63,489 bases of DNA, filler included, from Octopus bimaculoides (GCF_001194135.2; 5 parts of 5 records of this genome joined end to end with filler, not necessarily neighbours in it); one strand, 5' to 3'. Numbered from the whole stretch's first letter, positions 47,961 through 62,073 are shown. Numbers and translations are program-made. The notes: generated by a model not told the origin, from the sequence alone.

Positions 47961-48734
47961 AAGGGGCAAAACGTATAAACCGGGGTTCGTTGTAAGTCTA
48001 CTCTAAACGAAAACTCCAGCGAGCTTCCACACAGTTTCAATCAATTAAATTTCACTCACAAGGCACCAGCTAATCCGAGAATATTGCTGAAAACACTTTC
48101 TTGAACCCTAAACCCCGTCGTTGTGAAGCAACTTCTTAACTTACGATAAAAGAGTTCCAGGAATAATTATTCTGTTTTCTTGAAATTCTCCAAAAAAGTT
48201 CATTATTCTGTGTCCCTTTTTAAAAACGGTTGGGTATAATTTGACTGCTACTTCTGACGGGCTGAGTGACCTGCTACGAGTCCCTTCTTAACTTGGTTAA
48301 TTCTCCTGAAGAAAAATGTGTTGATTTTAGAAATATCTTCGAGCTAAATCTTATCGTTTCTTATTGATCTTTGTAGATTGTAAAGAAGACTGTAGATATA
48401 CAAGATAAATATACTGGAATGAAGAAAGTAGATAATCACTAAATAATATGTCATGCGCTCTATCAATATCAGATCACAATATCGAAAAATACTTAGCTTT
48501 CTTAGATATATACAGAACAGAGGAAGATATGTATATCTTACACTCTCACGTATCCAAGCTTGAAAACCATTTCACACCATGCATGCATTGAAACTGACAC
48601 ATACTTATATATATTCTAGTAACTATTCACATATATATATATTATTGAGAGTGTATTCATAATTTCTCTATTTATATATGTGTATATGTATAAATATTAT
48701 ATATGTAAATACACACACAGATATACGCATATTG

Positions 48735-49000
48735 GCTAGGCTTCACGAGCAAGCATTTACGGAGGGGTATGTCTACGTGTGTTCCATGTTTGCTGGTGCC
48801 AAACGAAACTACAAACAGGTACAACTGCAGAGGTTATATGAGAAGGTAAGCAAGATCAGGGCTGGTTGTAATTTCCTTCATTTTCCTTCGTTTTCCTCCC
48901 GTCTCTCTTGTCAGCAAGAATGGTACTACGGGCGTCTTCAAAGGCGACTCTTGCTCAGTGCACAATAAAACGCCAACCTTCACAGTCAGCGGCACGAATA
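48735..49000 (-). mobile_element. RTE-clade LINE 3' end relic
   Basis: Minus frame AADCEGWRFIVH*ARVAFEDARSTILADKRDGRK, then a degenerate NLCSCTC zinc knuckle and the end ctcgtgaagcctagcc. Confidence 0.7.
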
Positions 49001-49171
49001 GATTCACACATACACAGACACACACATACACGGTGACGACTTATACGAAACTCACACACGCCACATCATATTTCTTCCTATCAAGTCATTAATCTACTGT
49101 AAGAACTCTACTACCACTAATTAGAATTTTATTGGGACTATGACCAATATACGTGGGGGTATATTCAAACC

Positions 49172-49385
49172 AAGGTGGCGAGCTGGTGGAATTGTTCGAA
49201 CGCCGGGCAAAATGTTTAGTGGCATTTCGCCTGCCTTCATGTTCTGAGTTCAAATTCCACCGGAGACAAGTTCGCTTTCCATCCTCATGATGTTGATGAA
49301 ATAAGTACCAATTACACACTTGAGTCGATGAAATCGACAATCCTCCTGCCCCAAATTGCAGTCCCTTGTGCCTATAGAAAAAAGG

Positions 49386-49410
<25 letters not shown>
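49172..49410 (+). mobile_element. SINE family B with (ATT)n tail
   Basis: aggtggcgagctggtggaattg...gagttcaaattcc...ccttgtgcctatagaaaaaaggattattatt. Confidence 0.85.
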
Positions 49411-49416
<6 letters not shown>

Positions 49417-49482
49417 GTGATGCAAGAAATATTCTTCTAAATAATCTAGCCTGTAATTATTGTTTTGTGCGTATGTTTATGT

Positions 49483-49535
<53 letters not shown>

Positions 49536-50189
49536 TTGTGTGTGTGCACATGTTTCTGTGCATGTATGTGTGGTGTAGATAAATGAATATGCGTGTTTGC
49601 ATTCTATACATCCCATTCAAAGTACTTAAGTTTACCCGTTTCTCTGCCACGCCTACTTTGATGTACATAAATTGCAGAAATAAAGCTGTCGGTTGACAAA
49701 ATCTTTATAGCGTCAGACAAACAACGACCTGAGTTTGAATCCCGCCGATTTAACATTGCTTCTTATTCTTCTGGGTCGATAAATGAAACACTAATCAAAT
49801 ATTGGCATCGACAGTTCTCTTCTATCACCCACTTCCTTTTTCTCTTACATCCTCTCTGAACTGACTACACTGTACTGTAAAATCATCGTATGAAACCACT
49901 TCCAGTGTCCCTTATCTCCAAGATATATATGTTTAAAGGAGATACAAACAGCCTCTTTTATATAGTCTGCTACAAAAACCCGCAAATAAACACAGAGAAC
50001 ATAGATTTGTCCGAGCACTGTACGGTAAAGACCAATGCGCAATAGTGATATGTTTAATCATGTTATGGGCGCGAACTGCATTCGTCATACTCATACTTTA
50101 TTTTTCGTTTTACAACGTTTCTCTTAACGTACAAGTTACAATTCTGTTTAGAAAGCATCTGCTGCACTAGTAATTGCTCCTTAGACGTG

Positions 50190-50320
50190 TACTTTACTTA
50201 TCAATCTTGAAAAGATGAAAGACAAGGTTGACCTTGGCGAAATTTGAATTTAGACCAAACAGAGCCGGAACAAGTACCACAGAGTGTTGTATCCGATGCC
50301 GAAATGATTCTGCCAATTCA
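50190..50320 (-). mobile_element. SINE family B relic
   Basis: gatgaaagacaaggttgaccttggcgaaatttgaattt...gattctgccaattc. Confidence 0.6.
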
Positions 50321-50637
50321 CTGCTACTACTGTTAGAATATACATCTTCCACGTAGTTTGAATTATCACGCGTCATCATCATCATTTTTCTTTCCTTATT
50401 TGTTCTTCATCCCACCTTCCCTTCCAGCTTCTTCTTTTCCTCATTATCTACGTCATTATTATAACATCAAGTTTAAACGATCTTATATACGTATCCCTAA
50501 TATACGCTCTGAGATTCCTTATCCATCTTGTCTCTCAATCTTTGTAATTTCGTTTATTCTCATATCACAAAAATTCTTAATTTTTTCATCTCCTCAATTG
50601 TATCACTTCGTTATCTCGCTATTTCTGCATATCTTAC

Positions 50638-50703
<66 letters not shown>

Positions 50704-50898
50704 ACACATACATATACATACACACACAGAAAGAAAGAAAAAGTCAAGGAAATTCAACTACCTACCTACACACACACATATATAGATAGATAGATACATA
50801 AATACATACATACATGCATACATATAAAGAAATATAGATATATATATTCACACATATGATATCTATTTACCTTTACATCTATCAGTCAATAAATCAAT

Positions 50899-50966
<68 letters not shown>

Positions 50967-51105
50967 TTATCTATCTATCTGACACATGATACTAATATGT
51001 CTAATGCAAAAAAGCTGCTGGCAACTGTCTGTAAATTTTAATAAGGGATTTGTCTCCAATTCCCATTTCACATCCCACTGTCTGCATCAATCAATCTTAA
51101 TTGAA

Positions 51106-51121
51106 TGACGTCACCGGAAGT
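51106..51121. promoter_or_regulatory. Abutting perfect CRE and ETS sites
   Basis: TGACGTCA (51106-51113) directly followed by CCGGAAGT (51114-51121). Confidence 0.3.
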
Positions 51122-51649
51122 CGATTCTCATTCTGTTTCTGAGAATGCTTTCCAATATCATTAGCTTTCCCTGTCGTTTACATTAATATCTTTATTTATT
51201 TGTTTATTTTCCTGTTTCTTTCACGTTTCTTTTTCTTTTTTGTTTTCTAAGTTTATAAGTATAAATAGATATACCTGAATGTGATTGCATGACCTTCATA
51301 GATATAAACACTCCTATACACACATCATAACATAATTACATATACATACACACATAAACTCTCGCATACACATATACATGTAAATATACATAGATACATA
51401 CATAAACATGCATACATACAGAATTACATACATACATACATACATACACTGGAGCTGTAAAAATCTCTAAAACTTTCCAGAAGTTTATCATTTAAATATA
51501 TATGAGCATGTCTAGATAACTATATGCATACATAAAATATGAGAATGTATACATAAAACATACAAACCTGCATACATACATACATATATATATACATACA
51601 TACATACATACATACATACATACATACATACATACATACATACATACAA

Positions 51650-51756
51650 AAATACCCTGTTGTCGATGTTGAAATTCCAATGAAGGAGACTTGGATCTAG
51701 GTTAGAAACCGGTTCTTTCTCTATTGGCAGGAAAACTTGAAATAAACTGAATAATG

Positions 51757-51757
<1 letters not shown>
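51650..51757 (+). mobile_element. Short insertion in (TACA)n, possibly a PLE terminal-repeat relic
   Basis: About 110 bp of complex sequence with (ACAT)n on both sides; contains gaaaccggt. Confidence 0.4.
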
Positions 51758-51792
<35 letters not shown>

Positions 51793-52071
51793 ACATACAT
51801 ACATACATACATACACACATACACACATACATACACACATACATACATGCATACATACATACTTGGTGATGAAGTGGTCAAACGCTTAGGGCATCACAAA
51901 ATGAATTACGATAATTGTTCCGTGTATCGGCGCTACGAGTCCAAACCCAAACTTGGATATCTTTGTCTTTTATCCTCTTGCTTCGATAAAGTACTAAGCG
52001 GAAGTGAAACATTTGACAGAGTAGTTATATCGTTGTCCGTAGTGTCTTCCAGCATTTATTCCGATTGTTTT

Positions 52072-52205
52072 TGAAGGCGCGTGGTATAGTTATCGGGCTC
52101 ACGATCGTCAGGTCGTGATTTCGTTTCATGGCGTCTCGTTGTGTCCTTGAGCAAGACGTTTTATCTGACGTTCCTTTAGTCCACTCAGCTGGCAATAATG
52201 AGTTT
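52072..52205 (+). mobile_element. CORE-like SINE 5' part
   Basis: gaaggcgcgtgg...gggctcacgatcg...gtgtccttgagcaagac...ccactcagctgg. Confidence 0.65.
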
Positions 52206-53566
52206 TACTGGCTTGGACGTACAATGGTTAGTTTCAAATGGGTTGTGGTGTAGTAATGGGCATGCTGTAATGTCTCCATTCACCAGAGTGTAAAAAATAA
52301 ATAAAATAGTTTAGGCGGGGGTAAAAACTTTACTTCAACATCATTGGAGTCATTCATTCGGTTGTATAAATGAAACAGGAAAGACAATGTTATCAACTTT
52401 ACCCCTCTCTAAACATATGAAACCTTCTGTTTAAAGTGTAAATAGTTCGTGTTCTTGTTGCTGTGGTTATCGTTGTCGTTGTTCTAATTGCTGTTGTGGT
52501 TGTTGTTGTGACTTGTTATCGTTATTAATTTTAGTTCAGTATGAATCTCAATGAATGGCGATCAAATTTTCTGGCGAGTAAATTGAAATTCTGACCTATG
52601 TTCACTGGATATAACTATAGGTTTTATACTCTTGAGTAATTTGATTGGAAATTCTATGACTTCTACCAGTGTACGGAAAACATAGATTTTTTGAAAGAGT
52701 GTACAGGAAATTAGATTGACTACAGAACACGCCTAAACTTTATTTTATCGATCCCATACAATCAGAACGGTAAAAGATAAAGTGGGCCTCGCCGAGATTC
52801 GAACACAGAACTGCACGATATTTTGTCCGTTGACTTATTGAATTTTTTATAATAATGATTTCTAACACAGACGTAATGTAGCACATTTTAGAGGAAAGAG
52901 AAGTAACTGATTAAATTGATCCCTAGGATTGATTGGGACGTTATTTTTCCTTGATCACGAAAGAATGAAAGGCAAAGTTGACCGTGGCATGTTTTGAACT
53001 CAGAACGTAAGAGTGTTACTGGTACAAGACCATAATTCATTTGTGAGTTACGGTAACTGACAGAATCAGTAAAGCCTCTGGCAAAATTCCTTCGGGTATT
53101 TAGTTATGAACGTTTACACTGTGTGTTCAAATCCTGCCGAGGTTGACTTTATAGCAATAAGAGACAGTGAAGCAGTGAAGTCGATTTCATCGACTAAAAC
53201 ATGCTCCAAATTTTATATATATCAGTTCTTGTTTTCCTTCTCCTCCTCCTCCTCCTCATCATCATCATCATCATCATCATCAACAGACCAATGTAGTGGC
53301 AGAAACAGTAGAGTGCAAAACTAGATATCTTACAGTCATAATACTTGAACCAATGTGGAAGCTCATTATCATTGCCTATTAGTAATAGTAGATGTAATAA
53401 AAGTAGTAGCATCATTCTCATTAAAATTAATTCCTTTATCGTCATCGTCATTATCAACATCATCTATGGCTCATAGAGAAACGATTATTATGGTTGTTGT
53501 TGTTCATGATGATGATGATAATGAGGGAGTAGAAAGCAGAGGACGCTGTTATTGTTGTTGATGCGG

Positions 53567-53637
<71 letters not shown>

Positions 53638-53933
53638 TCTGAAGTCCAACTAATAAAAGCAATATATCATTCAGCCACACAACATTTGACACAGCTTAGG
53701 CGTAGTAATTAACAGGATAGCAAGTGAAATAGAAACTAAAATTAATTAACTAATTAGTCGGTCTAATTAAAATTAATGACCTAGGATGTGTATTATGGCG
53801 GAGATAGATCATTTATCACGCGGAGTATAGAGTACGTACAGTTGTGATGCTAGCCACAAATAGGCGAAAACGACACAGACACACAAACATACATACACTC
53901 TTACACTCTGAATTACATACACTCATTCATAAC

Positions 53934-54258
53934 TGGCTCTCCGTCGGTTACGACGACGAGGGTTCCTGTTGAACTGATCGACGGAACAGCCTGCTCGTAT
54001 TATTAACGTGCAAATGGCCGAGCACTCCACAGACATACTTACCCTTAATGTAGTCCTCAGGGAGATTCAGCGTGATACAGAATGTGACATGCTTTGGCCC
54101 TTTGAAATACAGATGCTACACATATATGTGAGCTGAATGGACTAGAGAGAAGTGAAATAAGTGTCTTACTCAAGTACACAACGCGCAGCTGGTTATCAAA
54201 CTCACGGCCTTACAACCTTGAGGTGAATACCCTAACCACTTAGCCACGCGCCTTCACA
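53934..54258 (-). mobile_element. Near full-length tRNA-headed CORE-like SINE
   Basis: Minus strand: gtgaaggcgcgtggctaagtggttagggtattc...ttgagtaagacacttatttcac...gctgttccgtcgatcagttcaacaggaaccctcgtcgtcgtaaccgacggag. Confidence 0.85.
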
Positions 54259-54415
54259 CATACACTTACATACATACATGCATACATACATACATACATA
54301 CATACATACATACATNNNNNNNNNNNNNNNNNNNNNNNNNNNNNNNNNNNNNNNNNNNNTTAATTAATTAANNNNNNNNNNNNNNNNNNNNNNNNNNNNN
54401 NNNNNNNNNNNNNNN

Positions 54416-54445
<30 letters not shown>

Positions 54446-54451
<6 letters not shown>

Positions 54452-54790
54452 CATTTCGGGATGGTAATTATTTTTGCCAAATAAACACACTCACTATATA
54501 TTATTTCTTCTCTCGTTTATTACTGTTCTCATTTTATTATTTTAATTCATGTCCATTGTCAGGAAATCTTTCGTCACACCTGTGGCAAAAAAAAAAAAAA
54601 TGACCATCCCAAAATACGACAATATCTGTTTCAACACGATTTCACATTAGGAATCTTGCAAACCGAATTGATAAACGTAACGACGTAAACCTCAGCAAGG
54701 CTACCAAGAAGTTGAAAAACACTATATTCTGTTGTGTTAAGAAGATCATCACAACACAACAACTCCACGTCGTAAAACTATACGTCTCCT
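54446..54790. mobile_element. Penelope-like element end with an inverted terminal-repeat pair
   Basis: gttgcatttcgggatggtaa (54448) vs tgaccatcccaaaatacgac (54601) are inverted; both parts are homologous to 34840-35027. Confidence 0.55.
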
Positions 54791-54792
54791 AT

Positions 54793-54825
<33 letters not shown>

Positions 54826-54901
54826 GTACGTCACCATAGTCTCACACGAAATGCATTATATGTGTGTATATGTATACATATATACATGTATATATATGTA
54901 C

Positions 54902-54968
<67 letters not shown>

Positions 54969-54974
54969 GCAAAT

Positions 54975-55250
54975 GAAAGACGGATATACGAGAATTTATT
55001 ATTAACCACGACAATTTGTTTCGAAATATCTAGCATAGGTTCCTCATGGGTGGGACACTCAACAGCTGGTTCATGAGCATCTGGCGGTGCAGATATACCT
55101 CGTCGGGTGATAGATAAATGCAACTCGTTAAAATAACTGATCCGCAATGTAACTTCCCGATTTGTAGAAAGAAAAGCAGCCAGACGGAGGAAATATCTTC
55201 ATTTATATAGAAGATCAAAAATAAAATCACAGATGGCAAAAAGGGAAACG
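54975..55250 (-). mobile_element. Repeat carrying two tandem degenerate hammerhead folds (55006-55110), PLE-like
   Basis: Minus strand: cac ccgacga [atctg/cagat stem] gaa ccagctgt t gagtg, then ccac ccatga g gaa...ttc GAAA caaattgt c gtgg. Confidence 0.4.
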
Positions 55251-55297
55251 AACACGCAATCCAGTGAGAAAAGTTTTATATTGATAGATAGATAGAC

Positions 55298-55337
<40 letters not shown>

Positions 55338-55475
55338 TGATTGATTGATTGAAAAGTAGCTAGCTAGCTATGAGCAGCATTTAGATAGGAGCAACAAATA
55401 GTTTCATGCAATGAAAATACAATAATGTGTTTCCAAGCAGACATAATTAGTCAAGTCTACAAATACCAAACATTT

Positions 55476-55530
<55 letters not shown>

Positions 55531-55972
55531 NNNNNNNNNNNNNNNNNNNNNNNNNNNNNNNNNNNNNNNNNNNNNNNNNNNNNNNNNNNNNNNNNNNNNN
55601 NNNNNNNNNNNNNNNNNNNNNNNNNNNNNNNNNNNNNNNNNNNNNNNNNNNNNNNNNNNNNNNNNNNNNNNNNNNNNNNNNNNNNNNNNNNNNNNNNNNN
55701 NNNNNNNNNNNNNNNNNNNNNNNNNNNNNNNNNNNNNNNNNNNNNGAAATGATTTAAGTAAAATTGCATGTATTTAATACAAATTGCTTAGAGACACTAA
55801 GAACGTTATGTAAAACTCCGAAATTATTGCGTTTCCCCGGCATGAAACTATTAGTAGGTCTTATATAAATACTGTGTATATTAAATAGCATTTATTTCTC
55901 ACTGGAAGGAATAAATTTTTTGTTGTTCTTACCTATAACGGAACTGTAGACAATATCTATGTGTGAATGTGC

Positions 55973-56016
<44 letters not shown>

Positions 56017-56504
56017 AAATATATATACATACTTACACACTTTCATATTCTTTGGTTTGACCAATTCGTAAGAACATGGTCAGAGAAACGAACTAAAAGT
56101 GGGAAGTCTCGAAGTGAGACCAACAAAATATCATTTTTTTTTATCAATCTCTTAAATGCCCGCGACTCTAAAACAGGTTATAGTTTGTTGGTTTCACAGC
56201 TATGTATAAAATGCATACGCACACACACACACAAACACAGACGCACACACACACACGCACACACGCGTGCGCACACGCGCGCGCGCACACACAAGCATAT
56301 TCTCGCACGTATATTCACGTTATACTCACATGTAATAGCTTATTGTCCCACAGATATTCCACTTTTCCGAATAAACAGTATATTTTAATGCTGCTTCGTC
56401 TATTAGACAGTTAGAGTATGTATAACTAGACTGGCCTGCACATGTGCACACATGTGTATATATAACAGCAAGTATATATGTATATGCGTGTGTATGTGTG
56501 TGTT

Positions 56505-56572
<68 letters not shown>

Positions 56573-57085
56573 TATATTTATACAAGCATACATATACAAG
56601 CATACATATACACATACATATATATTTCTATACTTACTTATATATATGTATAAAAGTATACATACATACTTATATATATATATATATGGTATTTTTAATG
56701 TAAAAATCATTATTTGGAATAACAAATAATCGCTGATGTTTCTTCAACCCAGTCGAGTCATAAATATCTTTACTATTTCATGCCTTTTCTTGCTCTTTAT
56801 CTCAACGTGATGGAACGGTCGCGTTAGATTTAACATGGTTTTCTAATGAAATTTTCGGCGAAACCTAAATGCGTTAATTTCTTACGATTTTCGTTCCGTT
56901 AGAATTATTGCAATGAATTAAGATGTTAGCCGCTAATGTGACGTATCAGCCAGCGAGCGCATCACTTTTATGATATGGAATCATATCAAACCAATTGCTA
57001 TCTGAGCTTTGTTCCAGTACACGACTTCCGACGGTCTTCATGAACTCTCACTTTCCCCTCCCCTCATTACTTTTGACGTAAATAT

Positions 57086-57175
<90 letters not shown>

Positions 57176-57457
57176 ATGTATATATGTATGTATGTATGTA
57201 TATGTATATGTATGTTTGTGTGCGAGTATGTAACAAAAACACACCCATATATAATTATATATAAATATATGTATTTATACACATACATAGATATGTATCT
57301 ATGTCAGNNNNNNNNNNNNNNNNNNNNNNNNNNNNNNNNNNNNNNNNNNNNNNNNNNNNNNNNNNNNNNNNNNNNNNNNNNNNNNNNNNNNNNNNNNNNN
57401 NNNNNNNNNNNNNNNNNNNNNNNNNNNNNNNNNNNNNNNNNNNNNNNNNNNNNNNNN

Positions 57458-57511
<54 letters not shown>

Positions 57512-57854
57512 AAGTTACATACATCTGCGTATATGTATCCATGTATATATATATATATATATGCACACACACACACACACATATATATATATTCATATAT
57601 GCAAATATATATACATATATATACATGTATATATATTTGTATACATATACATGTGTATATATATGCATACATATATATATGTATATATATACATGTGTAT
57701 ATATATATATATGTATATAATATACATATATATACATGTATATATGTTTGTATACATATACAAATGTATATATATATGCATATATATTTATGTATATATA
57801 TGTATATATATTTATGTATATATATATGTATATACATATATGTGTGTGCATGTG

Positions 57855-57894
<40 letters not shown>

Positions 57895-58079
57895 ATTATA
57901 AATATGCAGACACACACACATACACACACACACACACACACACATATGGCGAGAGAGAGAGAGAGAGAGAGATAAAGAAGGAGAAAAGAAAGTTAAATAG
58001 ATAAGTAGGTAGATAGATGAATAGCTAAATAGANNNNNNNNNNTTAAATAGATAAGTAGGTAGATAGATGAATAGCTAA

Positions 58080-58120
<41 letters not shown>

Positions 58121-58277
58121 CAGATAGATAGATAGATAGATAGGTAGATAGATACATAAACAGACAGGCAATCAAATAAATACTTAGCTATGCAGGCAAT
58201 AAAGAACAATAGTGACTTCAGTAAGTTTAATCATTGCGATTCAAAAAAACGCATTAAGACTCTCACACACACCCACA

Positions 58278-58343
<66 letters not shown>

Positions 58344-60539
58344 GATAGGCATGTTGCATATATTTTCTTCTTCCTTGTTTTCAACCTCTGCATATTGTGT
58401 TTATTAATATTTTCAAGCTCTTTAGCCCATTGTCTGCTCTGATGTTGGACATTTTTCTATATTATAGTCAATTATGTTGAACTCGTTACTTATTTCGTCT
58501 TGAGATGTTGCTGTTCAATCAAGTTCAAGAAGATGAAAGACAAAGTGAACCCGCTTAGGTTTTGGAGGTAAGCAAAGTATAATACGATATAACCATTCTG
58601 CCTTACACTGAAACATATCCAAACACACAATACAATATATATGTATATTTGAGTACTTATGTACAGACTACAATACGAAAAGGCTTTTTTAATATATATA
58701 TTTTTATGATTGCAAACTCATTTTATAATTGAAATCTCACATCACTGTACCTCAAACCAGATACGAAATGCATTGCGTATTTGGTTTGAGGATTGCCAGC
58801 ATTAAATTCGATTACCGAGATGTGATGCACCACACGTCCTGTTTCCGTCGCTTAGTCGAAAGATATTCTATGCATACGTATATCTCAGAGTGTCTTTTAT
58901 TGTTATAAGCAGCTTATGTTGATGATATCGTAAAATTGAACAATATTATCGGAAGATGTCGAAAATTGAACAATTTGGTGGAAAACTGATGAGGGAATGA
59001 TCATGTCTATTGTGTGTTTAACTTTCTGTTTTCGCATGTTTCTTTGTTTTGTCGTCCATCTGTGCTATATTTTCTTTTCATTATATATACACATTACTTA
59101 TAAAGTAAATAATTATATAGTTTTACTTTTTACTCATTTGTTGGTTTTACTCATTGACTTCCATCAATCCTGGGGGAAGTGGATTCAAGTGTTTACTTCG
59201 CCTGGTATCAAATTTATCCTCACAGGAAGAGTAAAAGTATAAACAAAATTATTCAACCTGGGCGGGTTTTGACCTAAGAACGCAAAGAAACGTAACGAAA
59301 TAAAGTAACGTAATTTGACGATCGAGCCAGTCTGCCGTCCTCAGCTGATGTTCATACATTAATAGATCCGACAATTTTCTGCATTCAGGATGATTTCTTT
59401 GATCCGAAGGCTAAGACGAATATACTTGCCCATGGTGTCATACTGGCAATACGTGTGTAACAAACGAACGTATTAACTACATTTTTTTTCTCGACCGACA
59501 TAATCTGCTGTTACTGACGCTAACATGTAAATAGCGGAATCCATGATAAGCAAAATTAAATCGGTGCACAAGCATTACGCATGCTGACCTTTTTATGGGT
59601 GTATGATGGCTCTCAATAATGCTGTTAGGTGCACATTAGGAAATAATGATTAACATTGCAGGAAATGTAGTCATATATATGCATACACATATGTATACGT
59701 ACATAAGTATGGCTATATATGTATATGTAGATATGTATATATNNNNNNNNNNNNNNNNNNNNNNNNNNNNNNNNNNNNNNNNNNNNNNNNNNNNNNNNNN
59801 NNNNNNNNNNNNNNNNNNNNNNNNNNNNNNNNNNNNNNNNNNNNNNNNNNNNNNNNNNNNNNNNNNNNNNNNNNNNNNNNNNNNNNNNNNNNNNNNNNNN
59901 NNNNNNNNNNNNNNNNNNNNNNNNNNNNNNNNNNNNNNNNNNNNNNNNNNNNNNNNNNNNNNNNNNNNNNNNNNNNNNNNNNNNNNNNNNNNNNNATATA
60001 TATATATATATATATATATAAATATATATATATATGTATGTATGTATGCATGTATGTATGTATGCGCGCGCCAGTATGTGTAGCATAAACAGAACAAATC
60101 AGTGCAGTTTATCGACCCATATTATTAAAATAAAACACGCATTAATTATGTCTCTCTCTCTCTTTCCCTCCCTCTCTTTCTGTTTATACATATATACATA
60201 TATATATGCTTGAATATTAGATTATACATACACAATGTCATGAATATGTGCATCGGCCCACACTGCGCATTCACATACACAAACACACATACTTTTTTTT
60301 ATATTTATATATGTATTTAATAATTTTGTAAAAAATATCTAGAGTCAGCTTTCGAAAACAGTAGAAGGAAAATATAATGACATATTCGTAGGGTGTTATA
60401 TGGCCACCTATAAGAACATCTTTCTGCTGAAATATATACTTTTTTCTTAACATCAATACTAGCAGGTGATAATATTTAGATGATATCCAGTTTCCTGCAA
60501 AATACACAACTAACATATGTAGCTATTTCTATGAATCGA

Positions 60540-60990
60540 GGGTGGAAGTATGATTCAGATAATCTCCTGATGAAGAGTTGGTCTGGTAGTTTGATACCAG
60601 AATGTGGAATCTTGGGAGGATAAGAAACGCTGCTTGTTGGGATAGGAGCGGAGGTCTTTCAGAGGCTCGCATGGTTTGTTTTAAGGTGCTACATATTCCA
60701 ATTAGTTTGGAAGTTGTTTGTTGCCATGGAACAAAGACTATGCCACTTGCTGTGGTCAGCTGTAGCATACTCAATATCGCAGATTTGGCGTTCAGCTCTC
60801 TACAGATTGGACTTGAGGTTGTCTTTATGCCCTTTCCTTGCTCGACTTTGGACAATGCCTTTTTCCAGTTCTCCGTAAATTTTTCAATGTGGATCACATA
60901 GTTGGTCCTTTCAAAATGACCCTTTAGGATCTTGACCTCAGGGCTTGTAGAGTTGACTCTGTCCAAGACGGTGAGTTTGCAGGACCGAAT
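60540..60990 (-). mobile_element. RTE-clade LINE 3' fragment, decayed
   Basis: KIYGELEKGIVQSRARKGHKDNLKSNL*...ATADHSKWHSL resembles the RTE FYGEL..G.R..G....RYKD.LK..L...A.DR..WR motif. Confidence 0.75.
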
Positions 60991-61689
60991 TCAGATTAGC
61001 ATAATTGATCATAGGGAAGGGTTCTGAAACTGTTCAAGCTGTATGTACACATGTATATTTGTGTGCGTATGTGTGTGTGTATGTATTCATGTATGCTTGT
61101 GTTCGTGTATATTTTTACGGATGTGTCTTAACGTTTGAATAGTGGGGATGCACACTGAAATGGTACACAGGAAACACAATGAACAAATAGGTATTATCTC
61201 ATATACATGCTGTAGGCATTTATAGGCTGCATCTGTGTGCTGCATCTGTTCTATTTGCAGTCATGTGTTTCTGGGCTCGAGCAAACTGCGGCTCACTGTG
61301 TCTTTTTATTTTACTATAGCTTCGGATCTAATTATGCATTCTTGGCGATATTGAATAGATAGATAATACGTGCTATCCTATCTGATGCTCGTGTCATACT
61401 TTGCAGCAGTCCTATGAAAAAGAGTGATTTGTACCTGCTCCTCGTCTACAAGAAAAACGAATATATGCTAGAGAAAACACACACACAAACACATAAACAC
61501 ATACACAGACTAACATATACACACGTGTATATATAAATGTTTATATGTATGTATATGCATGTATATATATATATATATGTGTGTGTGTGTATACACACAT
61601 ACATACATAAATAAGTATGTTTAATAACAGTGTGTTTTAGCTCCACACGAGTTAGAGTTTCATGAGTGAGCAGGGCACAAACAACGTCA

Positions 61690-62073
61690 GATTTTCCTGT
61701 AATGTGATCAGCCTGATGCGCTTTTGATCAGGTGTCAGATGTGCCACTCACTGAGCAGAAGCGTCCATCATGCCACGTTCATTGTGCAGAATATTCTCAA
61801 TTCTCTCACGAGAATACTAATAGCATTGGCTATTTGATTTATAGCCAATCATTTTTCATCTATCACATGTAGGGAACACAATCAATGTTTTCCTCTGGTG
61901 GTGGAAGTCATCTTCAAGACTTCTAAACTCACCTGTCCACTTTTGCACTGTTCATAAAGCGGGAGCACCATCTCCTTATGTAGCAACCATGTCAGCCTGA
62001 ATGTCCCTGGTGTTAAACATTTTTTTCTGCAGTTACTTGATAACAGAACGATGCAAAATGTTTCCTACTTTCA
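61690..62073 (-). mobile_element. Mariner transposase N-terminal relic (third lineage), running into a gap
   Basis: RDIQADMVAT*GDGAPAL*TVQKWTGEFRSLEDD; SRERIENILHNERGM; LTPDQKR. Confidence 0.85.

Noticed and set aside
48770-48968. Apparent two-exon gene with a perfect 69-nt GT-AG intron (48846-48914) and an SH2-like QEWYYG peptide
   Set aside because: The opposite strand encodes an RTE LINE C-terminus. The pyrimidine tract is just the antisense of its K/R/E-rich codons, and the SH2-like frame stops after 17 aa. Exonisation cannot be excluded without RNA-seq.
53934-54258. tRNA genes
   Set aside because: The tRNA-like heads run into SINE bodies and do not complete a cloverleaf; no stand-alone tRNA is supported anywhere in the window.
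60529-60966. 145-aa ORF as a host gene
   Set aside because: A different frame carries RTE motifs with stops, so it is a LINE relic.
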